From: Polyangiaceae bacterium
GTDB taxonomy: Bacteria > Myxococcota_A > Polyangia > Polyangiales > Polyangiaceae
Direction of reading: 5' to 3'
Assembly (NCBI GenBank): GCA_044222475.1
Contig: JBGANF010000138.1
Span: 1-20,759 of the forward strand
Length of the DNA stretch: 20,759 nt
Below the pieces are notes generated by a model. The model saw only the letters and a program-made list of their open reading frames with translations, ran no database searches and was not told where the DNA came from. This document shows, one piece after another, positions 1 through 6,932 of the stretch. The position numbers were made by a program, and so were the translations under genes. How positions within the stretch are numbered: position 1 is the stretch's first letter; each line of letters starts with the position of its first letter.

Positions 1-316
1 GCGCGTTGCCGCTCGAGGCTTCGGGCCCGTAGTGAACGAGCGGCCCGAACGACCATCCTCCCTCGGCCGCGATGCGATCGTGGTCGTAGCCGGCGAGCGC
101 CCGCGGATGGGTCACGTTGGGGGCGATGTAGATCTCGCCATGCACCGAGCAGACCAGCGGCAAGTCGCTCGCGAGCTCGTCGGCGAAGATCCCCACCAGG
201 AGGAGCACGCCGAGGATGACGACGACGACGGTCGTCCGTCGTCGCCGCACGAGCAGCTGCAAAGCGCGACCAAACGATCCCGGTCGCGCGACACGAGGCG
301 GCAGCGAATCGGTCAC
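1..316 (-). CDS. Peptide/nickel-type ABC transporter permease, OppC/DppC/YejE-like (N-terminal part; runs off the window's left edge)
   Basis: Not in the ORF track. GTG at 316-314 overlaps the TGA of the upstream permease (GTGA). Manual translation MTDSLPPRVARPGSFGRALQLLVRRRRTTVVVVILGVLLLVGIFADELASDLPLVC...GGWSFGPLVHYGPE stays open to position 1. A basic stretch plus TM helix plus 'LASDLPL...W..PL..YGP' fits OppC/YejE N-termini and the position after an OppB-like gene. Confidence 0.8.
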   Translation of the reverse strand, partial: MTDSLPPRVARPGSFGRALQLLVRRRRTTVVVVILGVLLLVGIFADELASDLPLVCSVHGEIYIAPNVTHPRALAGYDHDRIAAEGGWSFGPLVHYGPEASSGNA

Positions 317-1869
317 GAGCGAACCTCGCGCCGGAGGAGGCGTTCGCGAACTCTCGGATCGAGAAGCGCGTGGACGACGTCGCTCGCCAGGAGACCGACC
401 ATGGTGGCGAGCGCGGTGAACAGGACCGCCATCACGAGCCATGACGCGTCGTGCGCCTCCACCGCGCGCATCGTCTCGAAGCCTGCCCCCGGCAGCCGGA
501 ACACCTCCTCGACCACGATCGCGGCGCCGAAAAGCACGGGGAGCTGCAGACCCGCCAGGGTCGTCATCGGGATGACCGCGTTGCGAAGCGCGTGGACGAC
601 GAGCACGCGCCACACTGGCGCACCTTTCGCCCGCGCGGTGCGGACGAAGTCGGTGGACATGACGTCGAGCAACGAGGCGCGCTGGAGTCGCGACACCGAA
701 GCGAGCGACCCGAGCGTCATCGTGAGCACCGCGAGGATGATGCGCGCGCCGCCGCTCGCCTCGGGGAGGGCGTGGAGCAGGATCTGAGCGACGAAGAACG
801 TGGGCAGCGCGTAGAAGAGGAAGAGAACCGCGGCGATCCGGATGTCGACGCGTCTCCCCTTCCACCACCCGCCCACCGCGCCGAGCGGCACGCCGAGGCA
901 GAAGCTGAAGAAGAGGGAGGCGAGCGTGAGCCCGATCGTGATGGGCGCGGTCGCGAGGAGCTTCTTGAAGATCGGCGTTCCGTCGCGAACGCTGATGCCG
1001 AACTCGCCGGTACCGGCGCTGAGGAGCCAGCGTCCGTAACGCGTGTCGGAGAGCGACGCCGCGATGCGCTCGCCGCCGTCGATCACGGTGTACTCGGAGC
1101 GGTGCTCGTCCCACCAAACGGTCCAGCCGCGCGCCACTGCGCGCGCCTCGGACGCGCTCGCCCCCTCGCGGACCCTCGCCTCGCGGCCGGTGATCTTCGA
1201 CGCAATCGCGGCGAGGCGCCCCACCGCCTCGGGATCGGTCTCGAGCCGCATCGCCTCGATGATCTGCGGAAGGGCGAACGTGTCGAGGCTCTGAAGATCG
1301 CGCTCGCGAACGTCGGTCGTGCGCTGGCTGATGCGAGCGACCGCGCGGGCGACGGCGGGCCCGGTGAACTCGATCGCGCGGTCCTGCCAGAACTGGGTCC
1401 AGTACTCGGCCGCGAGCGCCGGATCGCGGAGGCGCGCGTCGTCGGCGAAGCCCATGCGCTCCCCGACGGGCGCGAGCGCGAGCGCGACTCGACTTCGCGC
1501 CTTCGGCTCGAGGCGGTCGAGCTCGGGCACGATGAACGGGAGGAGCGCGCCGCCGATGCGCGAGACGCGATGCGCCGCGATGGGCGCTTGGGCGTCGTCC
1601 GCGACGAGGTGCGCGACCGCCTCGCTCGCGATCGTGCGGACGTCACGCGGTTGGGTGTTCACGAACTTCGGCAGATCGAGGTGGCGCTCGCGGCGGGCCT
1701 CCTCGTACGCGTCGAACGACGCGGGGTCGCGCTCCAGCATGCCGAGCTGGGACGCGAGGGACTCCGGGGGCGGCTCGGGGATGAGCGTCGTGAGGAGGAA
1801 GGCGACGAGGCTGATCCCGAACAGCGTCGGAATCGCCCAGAAAATTCGCCTCACCGTGTACCGGATCAC
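313..1869 (-). CDS. Peptide/nickel-type ABC transporter permease, OppB/DppB-like, with a large extracytoplasmic insertion (518 aa)
   Basis: N-terminus MIRYTVRRIFWAIPTLFGISLVAFLL is typical of OppB. The C-terminal TM domain carries the EAA loop DFVRTARAKGAPVWRVLVVHALRNA, then VVEEVFRLPG and the terminal LLDPRVR. Confidence 0.92.
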   Translation of the reverse strand: MIRYTVRRIFWAIPTLFGISLVAFLLTTLIPEPPPESLASQLGMLERDPASFDAYEEARRERHLDLPKFVNTQPRDVRTIASEAVAHLVADDAQAPIAAHRVSRIGGALLPFIVPELDRLEPKARSRVALALAPVGERMGFADDARLRDPALAAEYWTQFWQDRAIEFTGPAVARAVARISQRTTDVRERDLQSLDTFALPQIIEAMRLETDPEAVGRLAAIASKITGREARVREGASASEARAVARGWTVWWDEHRSEYTVIDGGERIAASLSDTRYGRWLLSAGTGEFGISVRDGTPIFKKLLATAPITIGLTLASLFFSFCLGVPLGAVGGWWKGRRVDIRIAAVLFLFYALPTFFVAQILLHALPEASGGARIILAVLTMTLGSLASVSRLQRASLLDVMSTDFVRTARAKGAPVWRVLVVHALRNAVIPMTTLAGLQLPVLFGAAIVVEEVFRLPGAGFETMRAVEAHDASWLVMAVLFTALATMVGLLASDVVHALLDPRVRERLLRREVRS

Positions 1870-1875
1870 CGGGCC

Positions 1876-1881
1876 AGGTTA
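1876..1881 (-). promoter_or_regulatory. Putative sigma70 -10 box (TAACCT), leaderless-type, for the ABC permease operon
   Basis: TAACCT lies 6 nt upstream of the GTG start at 1869, with no Shine-Dalgarno in between. Confidence 0.45.
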
Positions 1882-1923
1882 CCGGCGCTTGGCCGCGCGG
1901 GCCACTTGCTTGCGGCATTCGCC

Positions 1924-1929
1924 TATACT
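1924..1929 (+). promoter_or_regulatory. Putative sigma70 -10 box (TATACT), leaderless-type, for the phosphomutase
   Basis: TATACT lies 8 nt upstream of GTG 1938 in a 68-nt divergent intergenic gap, with no SD. Confidence 0.5.
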
Positions 1930-1937
1930 CCCGCGCC

Positions 1938-3701
1938 GTGATCTCCCCCGACCTCCGAAAGCGCGTCACCGATTGGATCGAAAACGACCCCGCGGTCGAC
2001 ACCCAGCGCGAGCTCCGCGCACTCCTCGACGACGGCGGCGACGCCGCGACTCGCGAGCTCGAAGACCGGTTCGCCGGCGTCCTCGAGTTCGGCACCGCGG
2101 GGCTCCGCGGCGTCCTCGGCGGCGGACCGAATCGAATGAACCGAGCCGTCGTCTTGACGACGACGCACGGTCTCGCCACCCACCTCGCCGCGGCCATCCC
2201 CGACGCGAAGAAGCGCGGCGTCGTGATCGGGTACGACGGACGCCGACTCAGCCGCGAGCTCGCGGAAGACACCGCCGGCGTGCTCACCGCCCACGGCTTC
2301 GTCGCGCACCTGTTTCCCACCTTGGGACCGACGCCGCTCACCGCGTTCGCGGTGCAGGCGCTCGGCGCCGCCGCGGGCGTGATGGTGACGGCGAGCCACA
2401 ACCCGCCCGAGTACAACGGCTACAAGGTGTACTGGAGCAACGCGGCCCAGATCATCCCCCCGATCGACGGCGACATCGCCCGCGCGATCGCGAAGGCTCC
2501 GCCCGCCAAGGACGTCCCGCGCGACTCGCTCGACGAAGGGCGGAAGAAGAACCTACTCCGCGACGTCGCCCCCGCGATCGAGCGGTCCTACCTCGACGCG
2601 ATCGCCCGGCTGCGGCCGGTCGCTGCCGCCGCGCCCGCGCCGAAGCGCGATCTCGTCGTCGTCTACACGCCGATGCACGGCGTCGGAAATCGCCTCACCC
2701 GCGAGTGCTTGAAGGAAGCCGGATTCACCAACGTCACGTCGGTGCCCGAGCAAGCCGAGCCCGACGGCGCATTCCCGACGGTCGCGTTTCCCAACCCGGA
2801 AGAGAAGGGCGCGATGGATCTCTCCTTCGCGCTCGCCCGGAAGCTGAAGGCCGACTTGGTCCTCGCGAACGATCCCGACGCCGATCGGCTCGCGGTCGCG
2901 GTGCCCGACGCGGGCTCGGCGACCGGGTATCGACAGCTCACCGGCAACGAGGTCGGCGTGCTCCTCGGCCACTGGCTCTTGGTGCGGGAAGACGCGCCAC
3001 AGCGAGTCACGATCGCGTCGATCGTCTCGTCGCCGATGCTCGGCGTGATCGCGCGCGCGCTCGGCGTTCGCTACGAAGAGACGCTCACTGGCTTCAAGTG
3101 GATCGCCAACCGCGCGATGGAGCTCCAGCCCGAAGGCTTCCGCTTCGTCTTCGGGTACGAGGAGGCGCTGGGCTACACCGTGGGCGAGGTCGTCCGCGAC
3201 AAGGACGGGGTGAGCGCGGCGCTGGTCTTCGCCGAGCTGTGCGCGAAGCTCGTCGCCGAGGGGCGCACGGTGCCCCAGGAGCTCGAGGCGATCCACCGTC
3301 GCTTCGGCCTCTTCGTCAGCTCGCAGGTCAACGTCACGAGGAAGGGCGCGGCCGGCGCACAAGAGATCGCCGCCTTGATGGACCGCCTGCGCACGGTGAG
3401 CGCCGCGTCGATCGGACCGATGAAGGTCTCGGCGATCAGCGATTTCTCGGCCCGAAAGAAGCGCGACGCCAGCGGCGCGCTCACCGATCTCGCGCTCCCG
3501 AAGACCAACATGATCTCGTTCGACCTCGAAGGCGGGAGCCGCATCATCGCTCGCCCGAGCGGCACCGAGCCGAAGGTGAAGTTCTACTTCGACGTGCGCG
3601 AAGAGGTGCGCGCGGGCGAGCCGTTCGGCGAAGCCGAAGCGCGAGCGCAGAAGACGATGAAATCCCTCTCCGACGCCTTCGTCGCCCTCGCAGGCGTTTG
3701 A
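1938..3701 (+). CDS. Phosphoglucomutase/phosphomannomutase (alpha-D-phosphohexomutase family)
   Basis: FGTAGLRG, catalytic-serine loop TASHNP, metal-binding DPDADR, sugar-binding GYEEA and C-terminal RPSGTEPKVKFY. Confidence 0.96.
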   Translation: MISPDLRKRVTDWIENDPAVDTQRELRALLDDGGDAATRELEDRFAGVLEFGTAGLRGVLGGGPNRMNRAVVLTTTHGLATHLAAAIPDAKKRGVVIGYDGRRLSRELAEDTAGVLTAHGFVAHLFPTLGPTPLTAFAVQALGAAAGVMVTASHNPPEYNGYKVYWSNAAQIIPPIDGDIARAIAKAPPAKDVPRDSLDEGRKKNLLRDVAPAIERSYLDAIARLRPVAAAAPAPKRDLVVVYTPMHGVGNRLTRECLKEAGFTNVTSVPEQAEPDGAFPTVAFPNPEEKGAMDLSFALARKLKADLVLANDPDADRLAVAVPDAGSATGYRQLTGNEVGVLLGHWLLVREDAPQRVTIASIVSSPMLGVIARALGVRYEETLTGFKWIANRAMELQPEGFRFVFGYEEALGYTVGEVVRDKDGVSAALVFAELCAKLVAEGRTVPQELEAIHRRFGLFVSSQVNVTRKGAAGAQEIAALMDRLRTVSAASIGPMKVSAISDFSARKKRDASGALTDLALPKTNMISFDLEGGSRIIARPSGTEPKVKFYFDVREEVRAGEPFGEAEARAQKTMKSLSDAFVALAGV

Positions 3702-3721
3702 CGCTCGATCCCCTTGCGGCC

Positions 3722-3756
3722 AAGGCGCCGAAGGTGTATCGCCGCGCCTTCATTTT
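3722..3756 (+). terminator. Possible weak hairpin/terminator after the phosphomutase
   Basis: AAGGCGC (3722-3728) pairs with GCGCCTT (3744-3750) and is followed by CATTTT. The U-tract is poor. Confidence 0.25.
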
Positions 3757-3772
3757 CCCTAGGGGGCTTTTC

Positions 3773-4237
3773 ATGCGTCACGTCATCGCGTTGGTGGGTC
3801 TGTTCGGTTTGGGGTTGGTCGCGGTCGGCTGTTCGGCGTCTTCGGACGACTCCGTGGCCACGGTCGACGAGGGTCTCGCGGGCGGCTGCAAGATGGTCTG
3901 CCCCAAGTGCCCGCCCAACAAGATCTGCCCGATGATCGCCTGCTACCAGGAGTGCAACGGCAAGCCGAAGACCTGCGTCCAGACGGCGCTGTGCATCCAG
4001 GGGTACACCTGGGATTCCAAGGCGTGCCAGTGCGTGCCTTCCTCGCCGCAGGGGTCGTCCTGCACCACCGACTCCGACTGCCGAGTCTTCTCGGACTACT
4101 GCACCGGCTGCGACTGCCGCGCTCTCTCGACGAGCGAGGCCGACCCGACCTGCAGCGGGCCCGGCGTGCGTTGCTTCGCCGATCCCTGCATGAATCACAC
4201 GGCGGTCTGCATCGGCGGCACCTGCTCGCTGCAGTGA
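3773..4237 (+). CDS. Cysteine-rich lipoprotein of unknown function (154 aa)
   Basis: This is the 3' part of the listed ORF 1319..4237. ATG 3773 follows an SD-like AGGGGG. Signal peptide with lipobox (MRHVIALVGLFGLGLVAVG-C) and 20 further Cys. Confidence 0.85.
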   Translation: MRHVIALVGLFGLGLVAVGCSASSDDSVATVDEGLAGGCKMVCPKCPPNKICPMIACYQECNGKPKTCVQTALCIQGYTWDSKACQCVPSSPQGSSCTTDSDCRVFSDYCTGCDCRALSTSEADPTCSGPGVRCFADPCMNHTAVCIGGTCSLQ

Positions 4238-4283
4238 GCGGCGTCGATCCCAAGTAGCGCGTCGCGACGGGGTTCCATACCCC

Positions 4284-4991
4284 ATGCGTCGACTGGCGAT
4301 CACGCTTGGAGCGGTCGTGTGCGCGCGATCCGCCGGGGCGGGCGCGCAGACGCCGCCCGTCCCTTGTCCCGCCGGCGCCGTGCTCGTGCCGCGAGCGACC
4401 GTCCACATCGGACACGGCGTGCAACCTCCGTGGGCGGATCACATCGAGAGCATCGCCGCGTTCTGCATCGATCGGGACGAGTTCACCGTCGTCCGCTACC
4501 GGCAGTGCGCCGCCGCGGGCTCGTGCTTCCCGTCCATCTGGTGTGGGCAGGACCAGGCGAACCCTGCGCTCGCGTGCGTCACGGCGATCGAAGCCGAGTC
4601 GCATTGTCGCGCGTATGGAGGGTCGCTCCCTACGGAGTCGCAGTGGGAGTATGCCGCCCGCGGCCTCGACGGAAGACCGTATCCGTGGGGTCAGGCTGCT
4701 CCAACGTGGCAATCGCTCCCGCTGAGCCTTGCGGCGGGCGCCGACGGCGCCACCGTGATGGCCGAGAGCGAGCGGACTCCATTCGGGCTTCGTCACATGC
4801 TCGACGGCCTCGCGGAGTGGACCTCCACGACGGCGGCGAGCCCGCTCGACGTTCCGCACCGAATCGTGAAAGGAACCCACGACTTCGTTCGTCCATTGTG
4901 GGAGCACGGAACCATCGACGAGCGCTCTCGATCGCCCACCGTCGGCTTTCGCTGCGTGTACCGAGTTGGTACGAAGACGATCACGTACTGA
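4284..4991 (+). CDS. Exported SUMF1/EgtB/PvdO (FGE-sulfatase fold) domain protein, paralogue 1
   Basis: Signal-peptide-like N-terminus. Motifs CP.G.V, AFCIDRDEFTV, LPTESQWEYAARGLDGRPYPWG, TPFGL..M..LAEW and C-terminal GFRC. Confidence 0.88.
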   Translation: MRRLAITLGAVVCARSAGAGAQTPPVPCPAGAVLVPRATVHIGHGVQPPWADHIESIAAFCIDRDEFTVVRYRQCAAAGSCFPSIWCGQDQANPALACVTAIEAESHCRAYGGSLPTESQWEYAARGLDGRPYPWGQAAPTWQSLPLSLAAGADGATVMAESERTPFGLRHMLDGLAEWTSTTAASPLDVPHRIVKGTHDFVRPLWEHGTIDERSRSPTVGFRCVYRVGTKTITY

Positions 4992-5030
4992 CGAACCCAA
5001 GATGCGCCTGCGCGCCCGGGTCCATGGTCC

Positions 5031-5615
5031 ATGCGCTGGGCACGCATGACGATCGCGGTCGCGCTCTGCACCGTCGGCGTGAGAGCGCGGGCCGGCGGGA
5101 CATGCCCCGACGACTCGCTGCTGATCCCGCGAGCGACGGTTCGTCTCGGCCACGGCGCCGCGTGGCCCGAGCACACCGAGGCAATAGGTGCATTCTGCAT
5201 GGATCGCGACGAGTTCTCCGTGGCTCGGCTCGTCGACTGCGTCGGCAGCGGCGCGTGTTTCCCGACTCCGTCGTGCAGCACGGCGCAAGGGGCGGTGGCC
5301 TGCCTCGACGCGCTCCAAGCCGAAGAGGTCTGCCGCGCCGAGGGCGGCCGGTTGCCGACGGAATCCGAGTGGGAGTACGCGGCCCGAGGCCGCGAAGCGG
5401 CGCTGGTCACGGCGTTCGACTTGCGGGCGATGGCGAGCGGCGTCCGCGAGTGGACGTCGACGCCGGGCCCCTCGGCCTTCAGCGCCGAGCGCATGGTGAA
5501 GGGTGCCTTCCCGGTCACGGGCCCGTGGGCGCGCGACCCGGTCGAGGAGCACACGTCGGGGCCGACGCTCGGCTTCCGCTGCGTGTACCCGGTGTGGTCC
5601 CCGCGCAATCGCTAG
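5031..5615 (+). CDS. Exported SUMF1/EgtB/PvdO (FGE-sulfatase fold) domain protein, paralogue 2 (internally shortened)
   Basis: Motifs AFCMDRDEFSV, RLPTESEWEYAARG, VREW and GFRC. Colinear with the preceding gene but lacks its YPWG...TPFGL segment. Confidence 0.85.
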   Translation: MRWARMTIAVALCTVGVRARAGGTCPDDSLLIPRATVRLGHGAAWPEHTEAIGAFCMDRDEFSVARLVDCVGSGACFPTPSCSTAQGAVACLDALQAEEVCRAEGGRLPTESEWEYAARGREAALVTAFDLRAMASGVREWTSTPGPSAFSAERMVKGAFPVTGPWARDPVEEHTSGPTLGFRCVYPVWSPRNR

Positions 5616-5633
5616 CCGGCTAACGATCTCCGG

Positions 5634-6020
5634 TCACTGGTACCGCCCCTCCGCGAACGGGTTCCCCATCTGGGGCCCCTTCGCCAGACGAAGGATGCCG
5701 GCTAACAAAAGTCCGTTGGCGGTCAGGGACACCAGCGTCGTCAGCACGTGGGCGAAGAACATCGCCCGCGCCAGGTCTTCCGGAGCGGCGTGCCCACCCG
5801 AGTGAACCATCGCCGGCAACCCGATGTAGAGGCCGTTCGAAAGGAACAGATTCCCCAGGTGAATCGAGGTGGAAGCGATGAGCAGCCCGAACGCGTCCGG
5901 CCGCGTCTTTCTCACGACGAACGCGCCGATCAGGAACGCCACGCTCATCCCGAATGACAAAAAACCGGATGAAATCGCAGACATCGAGTACCAGAACGAG
6001 ACCGCGGAGGTGGAGCTCAT
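5634..6020 (-). CDS. Small integral membrane protein, about 3 TM helices (128 aa), function unknown
   Basis: 3' part of the listed ORF 5634..6356, whose upstream part is antisense to rpmI. ATG 6020 gives MSSTSAVSFWYSMSAISSGFLSFGMSVAFLIGAFVV... with three hydrophobic stretches. TAGATT lies 7 nt upstream. Confidence 0.7.
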   Translation of the reverse strand: MSSTSAVSFWYSMSAISSGFLSFGMSVAFLIGAFVVRKTRPDAFGLLIASTSIHLGNLFLSNGLYIGLPAMVHSGGHAAPEDLARAMFFAHVLTTLVSLTANGLLLAGILRLAKGPQMGNPFAEGRYQ

Positions 6021-6027
6021 GCTCCGG

Positions 6028-6033
6028 AATCTA
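6028..6033 (-). promoter_or_regulatory. Putative sigma70 -10 box (TAGATT), leaderless-type, for the membrane protein gene
   Basis: TAGATT-ccggagc-ATG(6020). Confidence 0.4.
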
Positions 6034-6066
6034 CGCCGGGGACCCGCGAAATCCCCCACGAAGTGG

Positions 6067-6095
6067 TTGACTTCACGACCTCTTTCGACCAGATT
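6067..6095 (+). promoter_or_regulatory. Putative sigma70 promoter of rpmI-rplT
   Basis: TTGACT (6067-6072), 17-nt spacer, CAGATT (6090-6095). Predicted TSS near 6102. Confidence 0.6.
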
Positions 6096-6103
6096 CCCGC
6101 GCC

Positions 6104-6157
6104 CCGCATCCGAAAGGCCTGTCAATCGCGAGCCATCGCGAGCCTCAATCGGAGCGG
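6104..6157 (+). promoter_or_regulatory. Structured 5' leader of rpmI-rplT (candidate L20 autoregulatory leader)
   Basis: Nested pairings CCGC/GCGG, TCCGA/TCGGA, AGGC/GCCT and TCGCGA/TCGCGA lie between the predicted TSS and the rpmI start. Confidence 0.45.
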
Positions 6158-6171
6158 ACAAGACAGGCACC

Positions 6172-6369
6172 ATGCCCAAGATGAAGACCAACAAGAGCGC
6201 GGCCAAGCGCTTCCGCGTGAGCGGGACCGGCCGTGTTCGTCGCCCGAAAGCGGGCGGCAACCACATGATGCAAGAGAAGTCGCGCAAGCGCGTCCGCCGC
6301 CTGCGAAACAACGACATGGTCGACGGCACGCTCGAGCGCAGCATCAAGCGCCTCATCCCCTACAAGTGA
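6172..6369 (+). CDS. rpmI: 50S ribosomal protein L35 (65 aa)
   Basis: MPKMKTNKSAAKRFRVSGTGRVRR...H...KSRKRVRRLR, directly upstream of rplT. The true start is ATG 6172 within listed ORF 5869..6369. Confidence 0.97.
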   Translation: MPKMKTNKSAAKRFRVSGTGRVRRPKAGGNHMMQEKSRKRVRRLRNNDMVDGTLERSIKRLIPYK

Positions 6370-6383
6370 GCTGAGGAAGAACC

Positions 6384-6734
6384 ATGCCCCGCGCAAAACG
6401 AGGATTCAAAGCCCGCCGCCGTCGCAACCGCATCCTGAAGCACGCCTCCGGCTTCCACAGCGCGCGCTCGCGCCTCTTCGCCTACGCGAAGGAAGTCGTG
6501 ATGAAGTCGTGGGTCTATGCCTACGCTCACCGCAAGCGCAAGAAGCGCGACTTCCGTCGCCTCTGGATCGCCCGCATCAACGCGGCCGCGCGCCAGAACG
6601 GGACGAGCTACTCGCGTCTCATGCACGGCCTCAAGAAGGCCAACGTCGCGCTCGACCGCAAGGTCCTGAGCGACATCGCGATCGTCGACGCGAAGGCGTT
6701 CGAGCAGATCGTGAAGACGTCGGGCGCGAAGTAA
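6384..6734 (+). CDS. rplT: 50S ribosomal protein L20
   Basis: MPRAKRG...[71 protein letters not shown]. Confidence 0.98.
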   Translation: MPRAKRGFKARRRRNRILKHASGFHSARSRLFAYAKEVVMKSWVYAYAHRKRKKRDFRRLWIARINAAARQNGTSYSRLMHGLKKANVALDRKVLSDIAIVDAKAFEQIVKTSGAK

Positions 6735-6751
6735 GCTTCCGCTCGTCGGCT

Positions 6752-6792
6752 AACGGGTTGCGGTCGAAGGATCGCAACCCGTTTTGCATTTT
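6752..6792 (+). terminator. Rho-independent terminator after rplT
   Basis: 14-bp stem AACGGGTTGCGGTC / GATCGCAACCCGTT (one G-U pair), loop GAAG, followed by TTGCATTTTG. Confidence 0.8.
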
Positions 6793-6805
6793 GTCTCTCT
6801 TCACT

Positions 6806-6898
6806 ACCGTCCCCATCCCCTTCCCCGTCCCTCTCCCCGATCACGTCGCGGCGAAGCGGGGTCGGGGTCGGGGTCGGAGTCGGGCGCTGTCCGACTCC
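6806..6898. repeat. Intergenic C-rich then G-rich hexamer tandem element (REP-like; G-quadruplex/hairpin-capable)
   Basis: ACCGTC CCCATC CCCTTC CCCGTC CCTCTC CCCGAT, then GGGGTC GGGGTC GGGGTC GGAGTC GGG, plus a terminal hairpin GGAGTCGGGC-GCT-GTCCGACTCC (6876-6898). Confidence 0.6.
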
Positions 6899-6932
6899 AC
6901 GAGCAGGGTGCGTCCGTGCTATCTCGGCCCCC

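Noticed and set aside
1319..3772. 972-aa ORF 1319..4237 as a single protein
   Set aside because: The first ~818 codons overlap the permease and phosphomutase and are low-complexity. Only the part from ATG 3773 has an SD, signal peptide and coherent sequence.
4284..5615. Diversity-generating retroelement targeting the FGE/C-type-lectin-fold genes
   Set aside because: No reverse transcriptase in the window and no near-identical TR/VR pair. The two 3' ends differ at all base types rather than only at adenines.
6806..6898. CRISPR array or tRNA in the rplT-pheS gap
   Set aside because: The repeats are contiguous hexamers without spacers, and there is no cloverleaf or T-loop consensus.
6735..6932. 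pheM-like Phe-rich leader peptide or T-box upstream of pheS
   Set aside because: No short ORF with a start, SD and clustered Phe codons, and no recognisable T-box motif. The clear hairpin is better explained as the rplT terminator.
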